Of a DNA stretch of 6,149 nt, positions 3,927-6,149 are shown piece by piece (within the stretch, counting starts at the first letter, position 1; every line of letters starts with the position of its first letter). The stretch comes from a virus: positions 1 to 6,149 of IMG/VR virus record IMGVR_UViG_3300029256_000055. The stretch is one strand, 5' to 3'. A program made the translations under genes and the position numbers. The notes under the pieces are model-generated. The model had not been told where the DNA came from and made no database searches. It saw only the letters and a program-made list of their open reading frames with translations.

Positions 3927-5909
3927 TTACATTAAAGGTATCTGTGCTGCGCTCATAACGCGTCTTGCTATAATTCTCTTTCCTATCTGTACCCAGAAGT
4001 CCCTGTTTGTCTCCGTGTTGGTTGCGAAGATGTACGTATAGTCTTTTGGTGAGATATATGTACTTGGATTGGTAATCGCTCCCGCTTCATTAACGTTATA
4101 CACTCTGTTCAGCACCATGTAGCTCTCGGCTTCTCCTGCTGCGAAATCTGCATACGTCTTGTTTACGTCCGTCATGTAGTTCAGCCATGCAGGCTGCTTT
4201 CCTATCGCTTCTTTTAACAAAGCCTCGCCGTGCATCTGATTGCTTAATAAGTCCTGGTATCCGACTCCGTCCAGCTGTGGTTTGTGCAGGTCGTCCATGG
4301 TTTTCAGTTGCATCATATCCCAGTCGTTACCCTGTGAGTAGTCTACATTCGGCGTGATGCTTGCAATACCGATGATATAGCACGGTTCGTTGCACTTGAT
4401 TTTGATTCTGCCGCCTTTTTTCCCCTGGTTAAATCCACGTCCCGCCATGCTTCCTAATGGTTCTTCCACTCCGCTTGCCGTTGATGCCGAGTTTGATACC
4501 ACCGCTTCAAAGTCGATTGTTGTTGACATACCTCCCTCGTATACTGGAGTTTCGGCTCTGAAGTAATAGTCTGTTGTGTATACGGTTTCAATCCAGTCCT
4601 TGTAACTTCCGCCGCTGATTGCAATGCGGTTCAGCATGTTGTACACTTTTTGTGCCAGGTTCAGCGCGTCCAGGTTAAGTTTTCCTCCGCTTACGTCTAC
4701 GTCTGTTACCGCGTTGATTCCATTATCACCGTCTACCCACTCTTTGTTCACCCAGTTGTTGAACAGGTCTGACTGGTGTGTTTTCAGACATAGTCCTCCC
4801 ATCTCAGAAGTTACGATTGGCGGAATATTCTGCGTTGTTCCTGCGGTTTCAGGATTCGGACTGAACAGTACATTGTAAATGAATAGTGACTTAAGTTTTT
4901 CGTCGCTTCCTTCTCCGATTCGGATTTGTTCACGTCCCTTACTCAGGATATATTCTCTTAAGTCATCGATTTCTGATAGTGGGAACGAGCTTGTGTATGA
5001 GTCTGTTACTGTTCCTTGTGCGATATTTTCGGTTGTTCCTTTAAGGGTTATGCTGGTTCCGTTGTTTGCTTCTATTTTTCGTGATGTTCTGTAATAAACT
5101 CCTTCTCTTGATTTGATTACTATTTTGTTTTTTTCGATAGATACTTTTTCCCATGAAGTTTCGATTGCAATTATATCTATGTATATAGGCTGTGAATCTA
5201 ATGTGAATTTTATTTTTTTTATGTCTTCCAGCTTTAAATCTGTCCCTGTAATTGTTACCGTAGCCGGGGATGTACAGATTAAGTAATGACTTGGATTTGT
5301 AAATTCATTATTACTTACGGTTCCCGTAAAATCTCCGGACACTATCGCCGACGCATTCTGAATCGAACTGCCGCCCATTATATAGAACCATTCTTCCTGC
5401 TTGTTGGCATAATAGTTTTTGAACACGTCATAATATGCCAGGAACGGTACAATCTGATAGTCACCTTTATAGAGCTTGCTGTCTGCGTCATGTGGTCCTT
5501 TCCTTACTCCCAGATATTCAGCCAGGCTTCCTTTCCCCATCTTGTAGTTCTTTGTCCACATACCTGCCGTTGGCAGTTTTACCTTGCTCATATCCAGTCC
5601 GATATTGAGTGTGTTGTTATGCAGCATTGCGTTGTACAGTCTTATAGGACACGTAAATACGTCTGCCTGGAACTTGAAGTTCCCGAACAGTGGCCCGATA
5701 GTCGGATGTGTCATGATTCGTGTGTCCAGGTCGATATCAAATGTATCGCCAGGCAATCCTACCAGCTTCATGAATGGTACCAGTGTACCTACTCCCATAG
5801 GACTGCGCCATGCACTTGACAGGTTGTGTGTGCTTCTTCCATACTCTCTAAGGGAGACCGACATCTTGCCGGAATCCCCTAGTGTGTTTTTTCCGATGTT
5901 TACTTTCAT
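3927..5909 (-). CDS. VP1: Major capsid protein VP1 (phiX174 gpF family)
   Basis: The 660-aa product has the N-terminal motifs RSTHNLS...GTLVPF...LPGDTF...THPTIGPLFGNFKFQADVFTCPIRLYN, which are characteristic of microvirus and Alpavirinae VP1. It is the largest ORF. Its ATG overlaps the upstream ORF stop as ATGA. Confidence 0.95.
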   Translation of the reverse strand: MKVNIGKNTLGDSGKMSVSLREYGRSTHNLSSAWRSPMGVGTLVPFMKLVGLPGDTFDIDLDTRIMTHPTIGPLFGNFKFQADVFTCPIRLYNAMLHNNTLNIGLDMSKVKLPTAGMWTKNYKMGKGSLAEYLGVRKGPHDADSKLYKGDYQIVPFLAYYDVFKNYYANKQEEWFYIMGGSSIQNASAIVSGDFTGTVSNNEFTNPSHYLICTSPATVTITGTDLKLEDIKKIKFTLDSQPIYIDIIAIETSWEKVSIEKNKIVIKSREGVYYRTSRKIEANNGTSITLKGTTENIAQGTVTDSYTSSFPLSEIDDLREYILSKGREQIRIGEGSDEKLKSLFIYNVLFSPNPETAGTTQNIPPIVTSEMGGLCLKTHQSDLFNNWVNKEWVDGDNGINAVTDVDVSGGKLNLDALNLAQKVYNMLNRIAISGGSYKDWIETVYTTDYYFRAETPVYEGGMSTTIDFEAVVSNSASTASGVEEPLGSMAGRGFNQGKKGGRIKIKCNEPCYIIGIASITPNVDYSQGNDWDMMQLKTMDDLHKPQLDGVGYQDLLSNQMHGEALLKEAIGKQPAWLNYMTDVNKTYADFAAGEAESYMVLNRVYNVNEAGAITNPSTYISPKDYTYIFATNTETNRDFWVQIGKRIIARRVMSAAQIPLM

Positions 5910-6149
5910 TCCTTTTCCTCCTTATAAGTTATCGCTCTTTCAAACGCTCCTGCTACTATCTTGCAGATTCTTTCAAGTGTAATTTGTTCCAGACTCTTGA
6001 TAAGTTCTTTTTTCGTGTTGTAGACTCCGTCTGATACCAGTTGGTTTCCTACTGTTCCGAACCATACGTCCTGCTCTTCTAGTTTTCCTTTTCGCAGCAT
6101 GATTACTCCGTGCAAGGCTTCTGTATATTCCTGTTCTTCTTCTGCCTTT
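5906..6149 (-). CDS. C-terminal part of the junction-spanning 100-aa hypothetical protein (true coordinates on the circle: 136..1 joined to 6072..5906)
   Basis: The track ORF 5906..6115 begins at a TTG, but the frame stays open to the window end. It continues through the repeat to ATG 136. The stop TGA (5908..5906) overlaps the VP1 ATG. Confidence 0.6.
   Translation of the reverse strand, partial: KAEEEQEYTEALHGVIMLRKGKLEEQDVWFGTVGNQLVSDGVYNTKKELIKSLEQITLERICKIVAGAFERAITYKEEKE
6073..6149. repeat. Terminal direct repeat, copy 2 (identical to 1-77)
   Basis: See copy 1; the 77/77 identity was verified by eye. Confidence 0.97.

Larger units (their letters stand above)
1..6072 (-). other. Complete circular Microviridae (Alpavirinae-like) ssDNA phage genome, unit length 6072 nt, all genes on the - strand
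   Basis: The full microvirus core set is present (VP1, VP2, VP3, VP4) in one orientation with short or overlapping junctions. The window ends are an identical 77-nt repeat, and an ORF reads in frame across the implied junction. The size fits the 4.5-6.5 kb range of the family. Confidence 0.85.

Noticed and set aside
1254-5982. All + strand ORFs in the track (1254..1625, 1684..1935, 1980..2180, 2512..2709, 2681..2872, 2784..3011, 2869..3132, 3136..3447, 3285..3497, 3618..3809, 4624..4878, 4879..5094, 5286..5819, 5584..5982)
   Set aside because: Each lies antisense to a well-supported - strand gene (VP4, VP2, VP3 or VP1). Their products are L/F/S/P/C-rich low-complexity strings, as expected from translating a T/C-rich strand with few stop codons. 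Microviruses transcribe a single strand.

Overview
The window is one complete circular genome of a small ssDNA phage of the family Microviridae. The unit length is 6,072 nt. Positions 1-77 are identical to 6073-6149, an overlap typical of a circular contig that was cut open by an assembler. All credible genes lie on the - strand and are tightly packed. In coding sense the order is: long non-coding region, three small ORFs of unknown function (one looks like a lipoprotein), a 100-aa ORF split by the linearisation point, VP1 major capsid, VP3 internal scaffold, VP2 pilot/minor capsid, a second non-coding region, then VP4 rolling-circle Rep. Three things point to an Alpavirinae-like phage of Bacteroidota: the VP1 N-terminal motifs as I recall them, the near absence of Shine-Dalgarno sequences, and a Bacteroides-type -33/-7 promoter. 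This assignment is recognition from memory, not a search result. I see no defence system, integrase, tRNA or CRISPR array. What the genes do not explain is about 800 nt of unusually organised non-coding DNA. It contains two oppositely oriented arrays of a GTTNATAAC iteron in an AT-rich block. It also contains two GC-rich, hairpin-dense islands bracketing the rep gene that share GCGAG-type motifs, and tetraloop-capped hairpins after VP3 and VP2. Secondary points are the small lipoprotein (a candidate lysis or exclusion factor), a possible lineage-specific insertion in VP1, and a weakly supported Arg-rich ORF overprinted on VP3. All + strand ORFs in the track look like antisense artefacts.
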